In this document: positions 1-8,973 of the stretch, in pieces
How the letters are laid out: each line of letters starts with the position of its first letter
Position numbering within the stretch: position 1 is the stretch's first letter
Assembly: GCA_030830385.1 (NCBI GenBank)
Contig: JAURNA010000276.1
Location: 1 to 26,007 of the forward strand
Reading direction: 5' to 3'
Origin: Crocinitomicaceae bacterium
GTDB taxonomy: Bacteria; Bacteroidota; Bacteroidia; Flavobacteriales_D; Crocinitomicaceae
Length of the DNA: 26,007 nucleotides
The notes under the pieces: model-generated
What the model was told of the DNA's origin: nothing
Databases searched by the model: none
Seen by the model: only the letters and a program-made list of their open reading frames with translations
Program-made: the position numbers and the translations under genes

Positions 1-2433
1 AATATCCTGTTCTGGCTGGGTGCATTCACTCCCGTGTTTGCGCTCATGTACATGTTCATGCGTGTTCCCGGAGACGAACTACCGTCCGTAGAAATGCTGG
101 AGAATCCACCTGAGTTATTGGCTTCTGTTGTGTATGCCGATGATGGCGAAACAGAATTGGGTCGTTACTGGAGCGTAAACAGATCCAGTTGTAGCTATCG
201 CGATATCTCACCGTTCATATTTGATGCTCTTATCGCTACGGAAGACGAACGATTCATGGAACATCCCGGTATTGATATGAAGGCAGTTGCCCGTGCCTTG
301 AAAGGAATGGGTGCAGATGGGGGAGCCTCTACGATCAGTCAGCAGTTGGCCAAATTGCTCTTTACCTTGCAGGAGCGTGAACGTAACAAGGAATTGCGCG
401 CGCAGGGCAAACCCGTGCCCGAACGCCGTGGCGGAATCATGGGGCGAGTTGATGAAAAAGTAAAGGAAAACATCATCGCCGTTCGACTGGAAAGTCGTTA
501 TACAAAAGAAGAGATCATTACGATGTATCTCAATCAATTCGATTTCCTGCACAACGCGGTGGGAATCCAGAATGCTGCCAAAGTTTATTTTAACAAAGCA
601 CCAGCAGACCTCACCCAACTCGAGGCGGCAACGCTCATCGGAATGTGTAAGAATCCTTCGCTTTTCGATCCCTATGGGTATCACGTGAAGAATTACCGTG
701 CCATAATTGCCTCGAATAAAGGTATTGATCCTGCTGCCGTTACTGTGGCTGAAATCCGTGAGCGACGTGCCAAAGACAGCACAAATGCAATTGATCGAAG
801 AAATACGGTCCTGCTTCAGTGGTTGAAAAATTCAAAATCAAAAAATACAGCGCTCAAGAATACCATCACACAAGAAGATTACGATACATGGAAAGATCAG
901 CCCATAGAAGTCGATTACCAGGTAGTTGACCACAAGCAGGGAGTTGCTCCGTACTTCAGGGAATCGTTACGAAGCGAATTGAAAGCGATGTTCGCCGAAA
1001 AAGAAAACGGGAAACCGAAATACGCCAAAAAAGATGGGTCAGCGTACGATATTTACGCCGATGGGTTGAAGATTTACACAACCATAAATGTGCGGATGCA
1101 GGATTATGCCGAGCAAGCCGTTCGTCGCCACCTATCAGAAGACCTGCAACCCGAGTTTACCAAAAACAATGCACGTTACAGTAACGAGAATCGTTACCCG
1201 TTTTCAACGACATACAATGGACGCAGGGTAAGCGATGAGACCATCAACAATATCATGAAGCGCGCACGCAAAAACTCCGGAAGGTGGTACCAAATGAAGG
1301 AAGCCGGTTACTCGGAGGGTGAAATTTTGAAAAGCTTCGACCAACCAACGCACATGCGTGTTTTCTCGTATAACGGCGATTTTGACACCATCATGACGCC
1401 AAACGATTCGATTCGGTTTTACAAAAATCTGATCCGGGCAGGAATGATTTCAATTGAGCCTTCTACCGGATTTGTGAAGGCATGGGTGGGAGGTCCTGAT
1501 TTCAATCACTTCTCTTTCGACATGGTGAAACAGGGAAAGCGTCAAATTGGTTCAACCATGAAACCCTTTGTATACGCATCCGCTCTTTCCATGGAAGTTT
1601 TGAAGCCGTGTACGCGACTTCGGGAAATGTCGTATTGCGTGGATCCCTGCGATCCAAGCGGCAAGCGCTGGTGTCCCGCCGGAACCGTAATGCACAATGC
1701 AACGGTTGCCTCGTGTCTGGCTGCGTCAAACAACCCGGGAACCGTAGCTGTTATGTCTAAAATGGGAGGTTGCGCAGGCCCTCAGACCGTTGCCAAAATC
1801 CTGGAAAGAATGGACATGAAGGTTTCAGCGGATCAAATCGTTCCTCCAATTTGTCTTGGAACGCCGGACTTTTCACTGTTTCAATTGGTGGGTGCCCAAT
1901 CCATGTTTGTGAACAACGGTATCTATATCCGACCTGTAACGATTCTTCGCATTGAGGACAGAAATGGAAACGTGATCTACGAAGCAGATCCATACGCTCG
2001 CGAAGTTATGAGTGCGACCGTCGCGTACGAAACACTTAAAATGATGAAGGGTGTAATTACAAACGGAACCAGTACAAGTCTTCGTTGGCACCAGAAATGG
2101 GGAGGACTGAAAGACTATCCAATGGCTGGAAAAACAGGAACTACTCAGGGTAACTCAGACGGTTGGTTCGTTGGACTCACACCTGATCTCGTTACAGCAG
2201 TTTGGGCCGGAGGAGAAGATAAATACGTTCGTTTCAGATCCATGGCCTGGGGACAGGGTGCTCGGATGGCCCTGCCTATTTTCGGCTACTACATGCAACA
2301 CCTTTACAAAGACAATAAGCTCAAAATATCCAAGGGAGATTTTGAAGAACCCATCGGATACGATCCAGAATTATTCAGTTGCGACGGTGATGAAAACCGC
2401 ATTGATAACGGCGAACCATTTGGAGGCATATAA
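1..2433 (+). CDS. mrcA: Penicillin-binding protein 1A (class A bifunctional transglycosylase/transpeptidase), 5'-truncated by the window edge
   Basis: The frame is open from base 1 ([17 protein letters not shown]..., the TM anchor), so the true start is upstream. GT51 motifs [16 protein letters not shown] and RRNTVL are present. Transpeptidase motifs SxxK (GSTMK), SxN (ASNN) and KTG (GKTGTT) are present. Confidence 0.93.
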   Translation, partial: NILFWLGAFTPVFALMYMFMRVPGDELPSVEMLENPPELLASVVYADDGETELGRYWSVNRSSCSYRDISPFIFDALIATEDERFMEHPGIDMKAVARALKGMGADGGASTISQQLAKLLFTLQERERNKELRAQGKPVPERRGGIMGRVDEKVKENIIAVRLESRYTKEEIITMYLNQFDFLHNAVGIQNAAKVYFNKAPADLTQLEAATLIGMCKNPSLFDPYGYHVKNYRAIIASNKGIDPAAVTVAEIRERRAKDSTNAIDRRNTVLLQWLKNSKSKNTALKNTITQEDYDTWKDQPIEVDYQVVDHKQGVAPYFRESLRSELKAMFAEKENGKPKYAKKDGSAYDIYADGLKIYTTINVRMQDYAEQAVRRHLSEDLQPEFTKNNARYSNENRYPFSTTYNGRRVSDETINNIMKRARKNSGRWYQMKEAGYSEGEILKSFDQPTHMRVFSYNGDFDTIMTPNDSIRFYKNLIRAGMISIEPSTGFVKAWVGGPDFNHFSFDMVKQGKRQIGSTMKPFVYASALSMEVLKPCTRLREMSYCVDPCDPSGKRWCPAGTVMHNATVASCLAASNNPGTVAVMSKMGGCAGPQTVAKILERMDMKVSADQIVPPICLGTPDFSLFQLVGAQSMFVNNGIYIRPVTILRIEDRNGNVIYEADPYAREVMSATVAYETLKMMKGVITNGTSTSLRWHQKWGGLKDYPMAGKTGTTQGNSDGWFVGLTPDLVTAVWAGGEDKYVRFRSMAWGQGARMALPIFGYYMQHLYKDNKLKISKGDFEEPIGYDPELFSCDGDENRIDNGEPFGGI

Positions 2434-2435
2434 CC

Positions 2436-3131
2436 ATGAACAAAGAAGTACAAAACGTTGAAGAGGCCCTGGCAGGCATTGAGGATAACATGACTCTGAT
2501 GCTCGGAGGGTTCGGTCTATGCGGGATACCGGAAAATTCCATCGCACAATTGGTGAAAATGGGCGTTCGTGATCTCACGTGCATTTCCAATAACGCAGGT
2601 GTGGATGACTTCGGGCTCGGTCTTTTGCTTCAAAACAGGCAGATCAAAAAGATGATCAGTTCGTACGTTGGTGAAAACGACGAATTCGAGCGCCAGATGC
2701 TTTCCGGAGAGCTAGAAGTAGATCTGATTCCGCAAGGTTCTCTCGCGGAGCGTTGTCGCGCGGGTGGTGCAGGGATTCCTGCTTTCTATACTCCTGCCGG
2801 TTACGGAACTGAAGTTGCCGACGGGAAGGAGGTCCGGGAATTCAACGGAAAGCCGCATATTCTTGAGTCAGCGCTGACAGCAGATTATGCCATCGTGAAA
2901 GCCTGGAAAGGCGACACCGAAGGAAATCTTGTTTTCAAAGCAACGGCGCGAAACTTCAACCCAATGATGGCGATGGCCGGGAAAATTACGATTGCTGAAG
3001 TGGAGGAATTGGTTCCGGCCGGTGAACTCGATCCCAATTTCATTCACACTCCGGGAATTTTCGTGCAGCGCATCTTCAAGGGTGAACACTTCGAAAAACG
3101 CATCGAACAACGAACCGTAAGAACGAAATAA
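2436..3131 (+). CDS. scoA: 3-oxoacid CoA-transferase subunit A
   Basis: Motifs [27 protein letters not shown] and [14 protein letters not shown]. Followed directly by subunit B. Confidence 0.95.
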   Translation: MNKEVQNVEEALAGIEDNMTLMLGGFGLCGIPENSIAQLVKMGVRDLTCISNNAGVDDFGLGLLLQNRQIKKMISSYVGENDEFERQMLSGELEVDLIPQGSLAERCRAGGAGIPAFYTPAGYGTEVADGKEVREFNGKPHILESALTADYAIVKAWKGDTEGNLVFKATARNFNPMMAMAGKITIAEVEELVPAGELDPNFIHTPGIFVQRIFKGEHFEKRIEQRTVRTK

Positions 3132-3132
3132 T

Positions 3133-3789
3133 ATGGCACTCGATAAAAATGGAATTGCTCAACGCATCGCGCAGGAACTTCGCGACGGTTGGTATGTGAA
3201 TCTGGGAATCGGAATACCAACTTTGGTGGCGAATTTCATCCCGGAAGGAATCGAAGTAGAATTTCAATCCGAAAATGGAATTCTTGGAATGGGACCTTTT
3301 CCCTTCGAGGGAGAAGAAGATGCGGATTTGATCAATGCGGGAAAGCAAACAATAACAGCTCAGAAAGGTGCTGTCTTTTTTGACTCAGCCACTTCGTTTG
3401 CCATGATTCGTGGTCAACACGTTCACCTCACGGTACTCGGTGCTATGGAGGTTGCGCAGAACGGAGACATCGCCAACTGGAAAATCCCGGGTAAAATGGT
3501 GAAAGGAATGGGAGGAGCGATGGATTTGGTCGCTTCTGCGGAAAACATCATTGTTGCGATGATGCATACCAACCGTGCTGGAGAAAGCAAGCTTCTTGAA
3601 CGCTGTACATTACCACTCACGGGGGTTGGGTGCGTGAAAAAAGTCGTAACGAACCTCGCGGTTATGGAAATTCGAGACGATGCATTCCACCTTTTGGAAA
3701 GAGCACCAGGCGTTAGCATTGAGGACATTAAGGCCGCCACTGCAGGAAAGCTTGTGATTCCTGATAACGTTCCGGAGATGCAGTTTTAA
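3133..3789 (+). CDS. scoB: 3-oxoacid CoA-transferase subunit B
   Basis: Motifs VNLGIGIPT, SENG (catalytic Glu), LINAGK and GMGGAMDL. Confidence 0.95.
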   Translation: MALDKNGIAQRIAQELRDGWYVNLGIGIPTLVANFIPEGIEVEFQSENGILGMGPFPFEGEEDADLINAGKQTITAQKGAVFFDSATSFAMIRGQHVHLTVLGAMEVAQNGDIANWKIPGKMVKGMGGAMDLVASAENIIVAMMHTNRAGESKLLERCTLPLTGVGCVKKVVTNLAVMEIRDDAFHLLERAPGVSIEDIKAATAGKLVIPDNVPEMQF

Positions 3790-4033
3790 TCCTGTGCTTT
3801 CTTTTTCTTGAAAGGATAGAGGAATTGTCCGCTGAAATCAATCGGAACGAATTCCATTTCTCTTTGTAAGGTAAGTAACGCTCCCCCAAAATGAATATAA
3901 ACATGAAAATGATCAGAAGAATCAGTGGTATCGACAAATGCCACTCTATCGGAATCACTTTTGTAAGACCATAAGTAATTCCAACGGTCAGGATCAAAAG
4001 TAAAGGATAGTAAATGTATGAAAGCAGATTCAA
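3786..4033 (-). pseudogene. Probable frameshifted or truncated small membrane protein gene; N-terminus resembles that of sterol-desaturase/fatty-acid-hydroxylase family proteins
   Basis: TTG start at 4033 gives two TM helices then ERYLPYKEKWN, after which the frame runs antisense into scoB to 3728. The neighbouring frame ends ...FLYPFKKKKAQD* at 3786. The span is 248 nt, so one added base gives an 82-aa ORF. Confidence 0.45.
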
Positions 4034-4073
4034 ATCGGGTCAATATGTGCCCCCAGGGTACAATTTACCCCGC

Positions 4074-4688
4074 TTACTTGTAAAAGTGCATTTCCTCAAT
4101 ATACGAATGAACGGGTTCAGTAAGCAGGTACCTTACGTCCTTTCCTTCTTTTATCGATCTACGGATAAAACTGGATGAAACCTTCATAACCGGAGCTTCT
4201 TCACAGAAAATTACGTTGGGATGACTCACCAATTGGTTGTTGGTTTGGGTTCCGATTTTGCGCATCTCTTCCTCCTCCTGGGTCGTGAGCACACGCGGAT
4301 ATACGTAGAGTTTATGCCGGTCGAGGATCAAGTCATAGTTTTGCCATTTATGAAAGGTTCGGAGGTTATCTTCTCCCATGATGAGGGCAAACCGATGATT
4401 GGGGTGCTTCTCGCGAAGATAGGTGAGTGTAGTTGCTGTATAACTTGGAATGGGCAGTTTGAATTCGATATCACTCGCCTGTAACCGAACATTGTCTTCG
4501 ATTGCTGTCCTGACCAGTGCAAGCCGATGATAATCGGGCAACAAGCCTTTCTTTTCCTTGAGTGGATTCTGAGGAGACACCACGAGCCAAACCTGATCCA
4601 AATCCGTATAGTCTGCCATGTAATTGGCAATTACCAGATGTCCGACGTGAACCGGATTGAACGTTCCGAAATAAAGTCCGATTTTCAT
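4074..4688 (-). CDS. nadD: Nicotinate-nucleotide adenylyltransferase
   Basis: MKIGLYFGTFNPVHVGH (HxGH), IMGEDNL and VSSSFIR. Start moved to the ATG at 4688, which overlaps the gmk stop (ATGA). Confidence 0.96.
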   Translation of the reverse strand: MKIGLYFGTFNPVHVGHLVIANYMADYTDLDQVWLVVSPQNPLKEKKGLLPDYHRLALVRTAIEDNVRLQASDIEFKLPIPSYTATTLTYLREKHPNHRFALIMGEDNLRTFHKWQNYDLILDRHKLYVYPRVLTTQEEEEMRKIGTQTNNQLVSHPNVIFCEEAPVMKVSSSFIRRSIKEGKDVRYLLTEPVHSYIEEMHFYK

Positions 4689-5263
4689 GACTTCAAAAAC
4701 TCTCCTACCAATTGCTCCGCCTTGGCGCATGTCTGATCCAAATCATCGTTGGTGAGAACTACGTCAAACTCTTTGGCAAATGACATCTCTTTTTTGGCCT
4801 TGGCCATTCGTTGATTGATCTTGTCCTCTGTTTCGGTTTCCCTGCCGCGCAGACGTTTTTCCAGTTCTTCGTAGCTTGGAGGTTCCACAAACACAGCAAG
4901 CGCTTGGTCCGTAAACTGGCGTTTCAGATTCAATCCACCAATTACATCAACATCGAAAATAACTGCCTTTCCGGCAGCCCAGATGCGCTCCAATTCCGAT
5001 TTAAGCGTTCCATAAAAGTTGTTTGTGTACACTTCCTCCCACTCAACGAATGCATCTTCTTCAATTTTCAGGCGAAATCCTTCGATGCCCAAAAAATGGT
5101 AATCCTTCCCATCGGTTTCATTGTGACGGGGGGCTCGACTGCATGCAGAAACGGAAAATTCCAACCCAAGGTCCTGCTTTAGCAAATGGTGAACGATCGT
5201 GGTTTTTCCTGCCCCGGATGGAGCTGAAAAAATAATGCACTTCCCTTTGATTTCGAATGCCAT
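4685..5263 (-). CDS. gmk: Guanylate kinase
   Basis: P-loop SAPSGAGKTT, DGKDYHF, EWEEVY and FYGT. Confidence 0.96.
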   Translation of the reverse strand: MAFEIKGKCIIFSAPSGAGKTTIVHHLLKQDLGLEFSVSACSRAPRHNETDGKDYHFLGIEGFRLKIEEDAFVEWEEVYTNNFYGTLKSELERIWAAGKAVIFDVDVIGGLNLKRQFTDQALAVFVEPPSYEELEKRLRGRETETEDKINQRMAKAKKEMSFAKEFDVVLTNDDLDQTCAKAEQLVGEFLKS

Positions 5264-5283
5264 ATTCCTGTTTACGAAAAAGC

Positions 5284-6150
5284 CTACAAACAGTTTAGGA
5301 TTTGCTCCTTTATTTTTTCGAGGTTGTCCTTCATACCAATTACAACCACTTGCATATCGGCATGATTGCTCTTACTTCCAAGCGTGTTGACTTCCCGTCC
5401 GATTTCCTGTGAAATGAAGCCCAGTTTTTTTCCTGATCCGCTGGATTTCATCGTTTCCATGAAATAATTGAGGTGATTTGAAAGGCGCATTTTTTCCTCT
5501 GTAATATCCAGTTTCTCGAGGTAATAGATCATTTCCTGCTCGTATCGATTTGGATCGTAATTCCCTGTTGAGATTTCCTCGAGTCCTTTCTTCATACGCT
5601 CACGAATAACATCAATTCGCTGCTGTTCGAACTGTGGGATTTGATCCAGTAAATCACGTATGTCCCTGATTCGATCAACAAATTCTTCCTCCAGCTCCAC
5701 TCCTTCCTTCCGACGAAAGGCATTCAATCCTGCCAATGCCTCCTCCACGAGCGAAAATATCCACTCCTTTTCATCCTCCGTTAATCCTTGCTGATCGGTC
5801 ATGTAAACATCCGGCATACGCAGAATCAATGAAAGATAATTGTCTGTTTCGGTTCCCAATGAATCGTTTAGTTTCTTTAGATCCTGATAATAGGATTGAG
5901 CCAGATCATGGTTGATGGAAGTGTTCTTCTCATCGCCAATACTGTCCAGATTTAAGTTGAAATCCACTTTCCCACGGCCGAGGGAATCGCTGATGATTTT
6001 CCGGATTTCCGGTTCGATTTCTTTGTACTGAGGGGCCATGCGAACGTTCATGTCCATCCCCTTGCTGTTGAGCGATCGAATTTCGACCGATATTTTCTTT
6101 CCCTGATACGTTCCGATGGCTTTTCCAAAGCCTGTCATTGAATTCAGCAT
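5284..6150 (-). CDS. yicC: YicC/YloC family endoribonuclease
   Basis: N-terminal SMTGFG, EIRSLNSK, LGRGKV, and C-terminal GKKLGFISQEIGREVNTLGSK. Sits in the conserved yicC-gmk-nadD order. Confidence 0.92.
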   Translation of the reverse strand: MLNSMTGFGKAIGTYQGKKISVEIRSLNSKGMDMNVRMAPQYKEIEPEIRKIISDSLGRGKVDFNLNLDSIGDEKNTSINHDLAQSYYQDLKKLNDSLGTETDNYLSLILRMPDVYMTDQQGLTEDEKEWIFSLVEEALAGLNAFRRKEGVELEEEFVDRIRDIRDLLDQIPQFEQQRIDVIRERMKKGLEEISTGNYDPNRYEQEMIYYLEKLDITEEKMRLSNHLNYFMETMKSSGSGKKLGFISQEIGREVNTLGSKSNHADMQVVVIGMKDNLEKIKEQILNCL

Positions 6151-6165
6151 AACTCAAGATTTTTA

Positions 6166-6173
6166 CAAAAGTA
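6166..6173 (-). promoter_or_regulatory. Bacteroidota sigma-A -7 element (TACTTTTG) for yicC-gmk-nadD
   Basis: Exact match to TAnnTTTG, 15 nt upstream of the yicC ATG. Confidence 0.6.
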
Positions 6174-6174
6174 C

Positions 6175-7110
6175 TTATGTCCGCGAGATAGATTTCTTCT
6201 TACGTAAAAAACTGCTCGATGAAGTAAGATAAACCCCGGTGAAAATCATTAGCATATAACCGACTTTGTCCCAGGTGATGGTGTCTGTATAATCGTCTGA
6301 AATACCCATTACTGCAAATAAATAAGCAAAGCCAATCACCAAAACCGGTTGCAAATAAATGTATGCGCTAGACACAGAAGGAGTCGTGTATTTCAGGCCA
6401 TAAACGGTAAGTAAATAGGTTAGGAAGGTAACAGCGACAATTACAAAGACTATTTTGATGACCGCTTCTTTGGGAATTGCACTGAAATCAATTGCAGGAA
6501 GTTCGATCCACGTCAATGGGAACATGAGGATGTACATCAAACCGAATGTAAACACATAGGTAATCACCGTAATGGGTTTGTATTTTGCCATCAATGGTTT
6601 TACGAGCACAAGATAGATCGCATAGCTTGTGGCGTTGATCAAAATGAACAAATCCCCCATAGAAGAATCGCCTGAGCCCGTTCCTGCGGTGAGTGTGAGA
6701 AGTATGGCTCCGGCAGCTCCGGTTATAATCCCTGTGCTTTTCCGCCATGTAATGCGCTCCCGAAGGATGAAATAAGAAAGAATTACCACCATAATCGGGT
6801 TGACGGTCATGATGATTCCTGAGTTTACGCTGGAAGTCAGATTGAGTCCATGAAAAAAGAACAGCTGATTCACCATTACTCCAAACAACGCACATAGCAT
6901 GAGTCGTCCGAGATCCGTTCTGGCTATTTTTTCCCGGATAAACAGCCCCTGGATGATCCAAAACAGAGCCGTTGCTCCCATAACACGCATCAGGATAAAT
7001 ACAGTTGGTGTCAGATAGCCAGGCATTACTCCTTTCGCTATGACGTGGTTGGCTCCGTAGAGAGCGTTAACCGTAAAAAGTGCAAGGTGTGCTCGAAAAA
7101 GTTTCGACAA
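6175..7110 (-). CDS. DMT/EamA family transporter
   Basis: About 10 hydrophobic segments in two EamA-like halves (NQLFFFHGLNLTSSVNSGIIMTVNPI; GDLFILINATSYAIY; SAYIYLQPV). TTG start, so the exact start is uncertain. Confidence 0.88.
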   Translation of the reverse strand: MSKLFRAHLALFTVNALYGANHVIAKGVMPGYLTPTVFILMRVMGATALFWIIQGLFIREKIARTDLGRLMLCALFGVMVNQLFFFHGLNLTSSVNSGIIMTVNPIMVVILSYFILRERITWRKSTGIITGAAGAILLTLTAGTGSGDSSMGDLFILINATSYAIYLVLVKPLMAKYKPITVITYVFTFGLMYILMFPLTWIELPAIDFSAIPKEAVIKIVFVIVAVTFLTYLLTVYGLKYTTPSVSSAYIYLQPVLVIGFAYLFAVMGISDDYTDTITWDKVGYMLMIFTGVYLTSSSSFLRKKKSISRT

Positions 7111-7125
7111 GCCGTTAATTTTGGG

Positions 7126-7133
7126 GAAAGTTA
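7126..7133 (-). promoter_or_regulatory. Putative -7 element (TAACTTTC) for the DMT gene
   Basis: 7/8 match to TAnnTTTG just upstream of the TTG start. Confidence 0.4.
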
Positions 7134-7198
7134 CTTATTAAATCCGCTCGGTGCGGATCGTACCATATTACAGCAATGTTCAGGTAGTATTGAGGCAT

Positions 7199-7219
7199 AA
7201 AAAAGGGGCTCTCGCCCCC
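7199..7219 (-). terminator. Rho-independent terminator of the T9SS gene
   Basis: Minus strand reads GGGGC-GAGA-GCCCC-TTTTTT: a 5-bp GC stem, GNRA loop and U-tract about 25 nt after the stop codon. Confidence 0.85.
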
Positions 7220-7242
7220 TTCTTCAAAGTATGTATCGATCC

Positions 7243-8931
7243 TTATTTCTGGACCACGATTCGTTTTGTTACGGATTCACCGTCAGCTGTAAGGCGTACG
7301 AAGTACGTTCCAGCTTCAGCGTTCAACTCAAGAACAGCTGTAGTAAATCCAGCAACGTTTCCGTATTCGTTAGAAAGGATTACTTGTCCGTTTACAGATG
7401 TAACTTCAATTGTGAGGTCTTCAGTGTACAATCCGTTGATTGCAACGTTGAATGTTCCTGCAGATGGGTTTGGATATACTTCCAATCCGTTTGCGTCTGC
7501 GATATCGTTCAGACCTTGAGTTTGAGGGGTAACTGTTCCGAAGTTAGGACGAACGATGAATGAACCCGGCAATCCGACCGATTCCAACGTTGAGAATGCC
7601 CCACCGTTGATACTGAACCAAACCTTGTTGTAAGTAAGAATGTCCAAAGACTGAGACAGTGACATGCTGCTTGTTGAGTTGTACTCCTCGATTCCTACAT
7701 AGTATTCACCTGCTGTAAGTGAAAGTGGGTTTCCTGAAAGATCCCAAACCGGAAGCGTGATCATCATTCCTTGAGAAGATGTATCCGCTGCTGTGAAGAT
7801 GTACTCATTGGAGCCACCTACTACAGTCGTTGGAACTTCTGCTACAGTACTGTAAATAGTCACTTTCGTTGTGTCACCAATTGTTGGGAACGAGTAGAAA
7901 GATACAGTTGACATCGTGTCATCAATTACGAGATCGTAGTTGTTACCTAAAATACCTGTAGATCCAGCTTCGAATCCAATGCTACCAGCAATCGTAGCAT
8001 CATCACGTGCATACGTACTATCCGTCACAGCAAATACCTGATACGTTGTATCATTTACCGCGTTGCTATCTAACTCAATAATTCCACAAATGTACTCAAC
8101 TGTGTACACGTCAACTGCTGATGGAGTGTATCCGGCAACCGTGAAGTCAGCCATTGTTCCGACAGGAATATTCTGCGCAGCAGAAGTCTCAGTGTAGACC
8201 TGAGTCATCGCACCGTCGTATACGTTCACAGTCATAGTTGCACCTGTAACGTCATTCAACCCAACGGAAGAAATGGTTCCTTGAGAACCAAATGGTCCGG
8301 CAACGTGATCCAATGGAATCTGCGTATATTGAGCTGTTGTATCTCCGTACGTCATCTCAGCATCGTACGGTTGTACTTCGAAGATGGATATGTCGTCTAT
8401 TTTTAAGATGTACTCATCCGTCGAGTTGTTTCTCCAAGCGATGTAGACAGTTTGGTTTGAGTAACCAGCAATGTCTAAGTTTATAGATTGGTTTGTCCAT
8501 GTAGTTGGCGCAGCGGCAACCGAATACAACGGTGCATTACCCAAAAATTCAGCAATCGTAGGTGTGGTTGTAGAAATACGCACTTCGTACCCATCTGGGA
8601 AGTTCGGGTCTTCCGCCATCTCATCCCAGCTAAGAATGTTATTCGCTGTGAGCGTAATACCCGGAGTTATGAGCCAGTCATCTGATTGTCCTGGTGGATC
8701 GTACCATGATGTACTCATTGCCACAGTATCTCCCGGGTTTGTGAAGAGGTCATCTGCTCCAATCCAGGCGTCCGTAAATTGGGATACGTTTGGATGTGTA
8801 CTAACACTAAGGCCATCGTTATCAATGATCGTCCAAGTAGCGGGAATGCCATTGTTGAAGTTCTCTGAAAAGACTTGGCTGTATGATTCAGCGGCAAACG
8901 CAAGCCCCAAAAAGAGTAGTATTTTTTTCAT
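7243..8931 (-). CDS. T9SS type A sorting-domain protein with an N-terminal cleaved-adhesin/choice-of-anchor-J-like domain
   Basis: Signal peptide MKKILLFLGLAFAAESYS|Q. Adhesin-like motifs FSENFNNGIPATW, DDWLITP, YEVRISTT and YIAWRN...IDDISI. CTD motifs VYPNPSAG...GQVI...AGTYFVRL...TKRIVVQK. Confidence 0.88.
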   Translation of the reverse strand: MKKILLFLGLAFAAESYSQVFSENFNNGIPATWTIIDNDGLSVSTHPNVSQFTDAWIGADDLFTNPGDTVAMSTSWYDPPGQSDDWLITPGITLTANNILSWDEMAEDPNFPDGYEVRISTTTPTIAEFLGNAPLYSVAAAPTTWTNQSINLDIAGYSNQTVYIAWRNNSTDEYILKIDDISIFEVQPYDAEMTYGDTTAQYTQIPLDHVAGPFGSQGTISSVGLNDVTGATMTVNVYDGAMTQVYTETSAAQNIPVGTMADFTVAGYTPSAVDVYTVEYICGIIELDSNAVNDTTYQVFAVTDSTYARDDATIAGSIGFEAGSTGILGNNYDLVIDDTMSTVSFYSFPTIGDTTKVTIYSTVAEVPTTVVGGSNEYIFTAADTSSQGMMITLPVWDLSGNPLSLTAGEYYVGIEEYNSTSSMSLSQSLDILTYNKVWFSINGGAFSTLESVGLPGSFIVRPNFGTVTPQTQGLNDIADANGLEVYPNPSAGTFNVAINGLYTEDLTIEVTSVNGQVILSNEYGNVAGFTTAVLELNAEAGTYFVRLTADGESVTKRIVVQK

Positions 8932-8953
8932 CGATTTATATTGAATTTTAAGC

Positions 8954-8961
8954 TAAAAGTA
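8954..8961 (-). promoter_or_regulatory. Putative -7 element (TACTTTTA) of the T9SS gene, 4 nt from the IS target duplication
   Basis: 7/8 match to TAnnTTTG, 22 nt upstream of the ATG at 8931. Confidence 0.45.
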
Positions 8962-8965
8962 GTTT

Positions 8966-8973
8966 AATTTTTT
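8966..8973. repeat. Left 8-bp target-site duplication AATTTTTT
   Basis: Identical to 9971-9978 and directly flanks the TIR. Confidence 0.9.

Noticed and set aside
2436-3789. PBP1A followed directly by scoA-scoB as a novel functional link.
   Set aside because: As I recall, this gene order is common in Flavobacteriia, and nothing here suggests functional coupling.
4056-4070. Hairpin GGGTA-caatt-TACCC just after the nadD stop.
   Set aside because: The 5-bp stem has no U-tract, which is too weak to call a terminator.
4689-4730. N-terminal extension of nadD in the ORF track. Similar extensions appear for kynU (to 14452), hemL (from 14663), kmo (to 12895), the OM protein (to 11582), fbp (from 20860), and the 16036 and 16365 ORFs.
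   Set aside because: These are longest-ORF artefacts. They overlap neighbouring genes or promoter boxes, while the downstream ATGs give family-typical N-termini, signal peptides or ATGA coupling.
7142-7158. Inverted repeat ATCCGC-N5-GCGGAT upstream of the DMT promoter.
   Set aside because: It is a single 6-bp stem with no second copy seen. It could be an operator, but nothing supports that.
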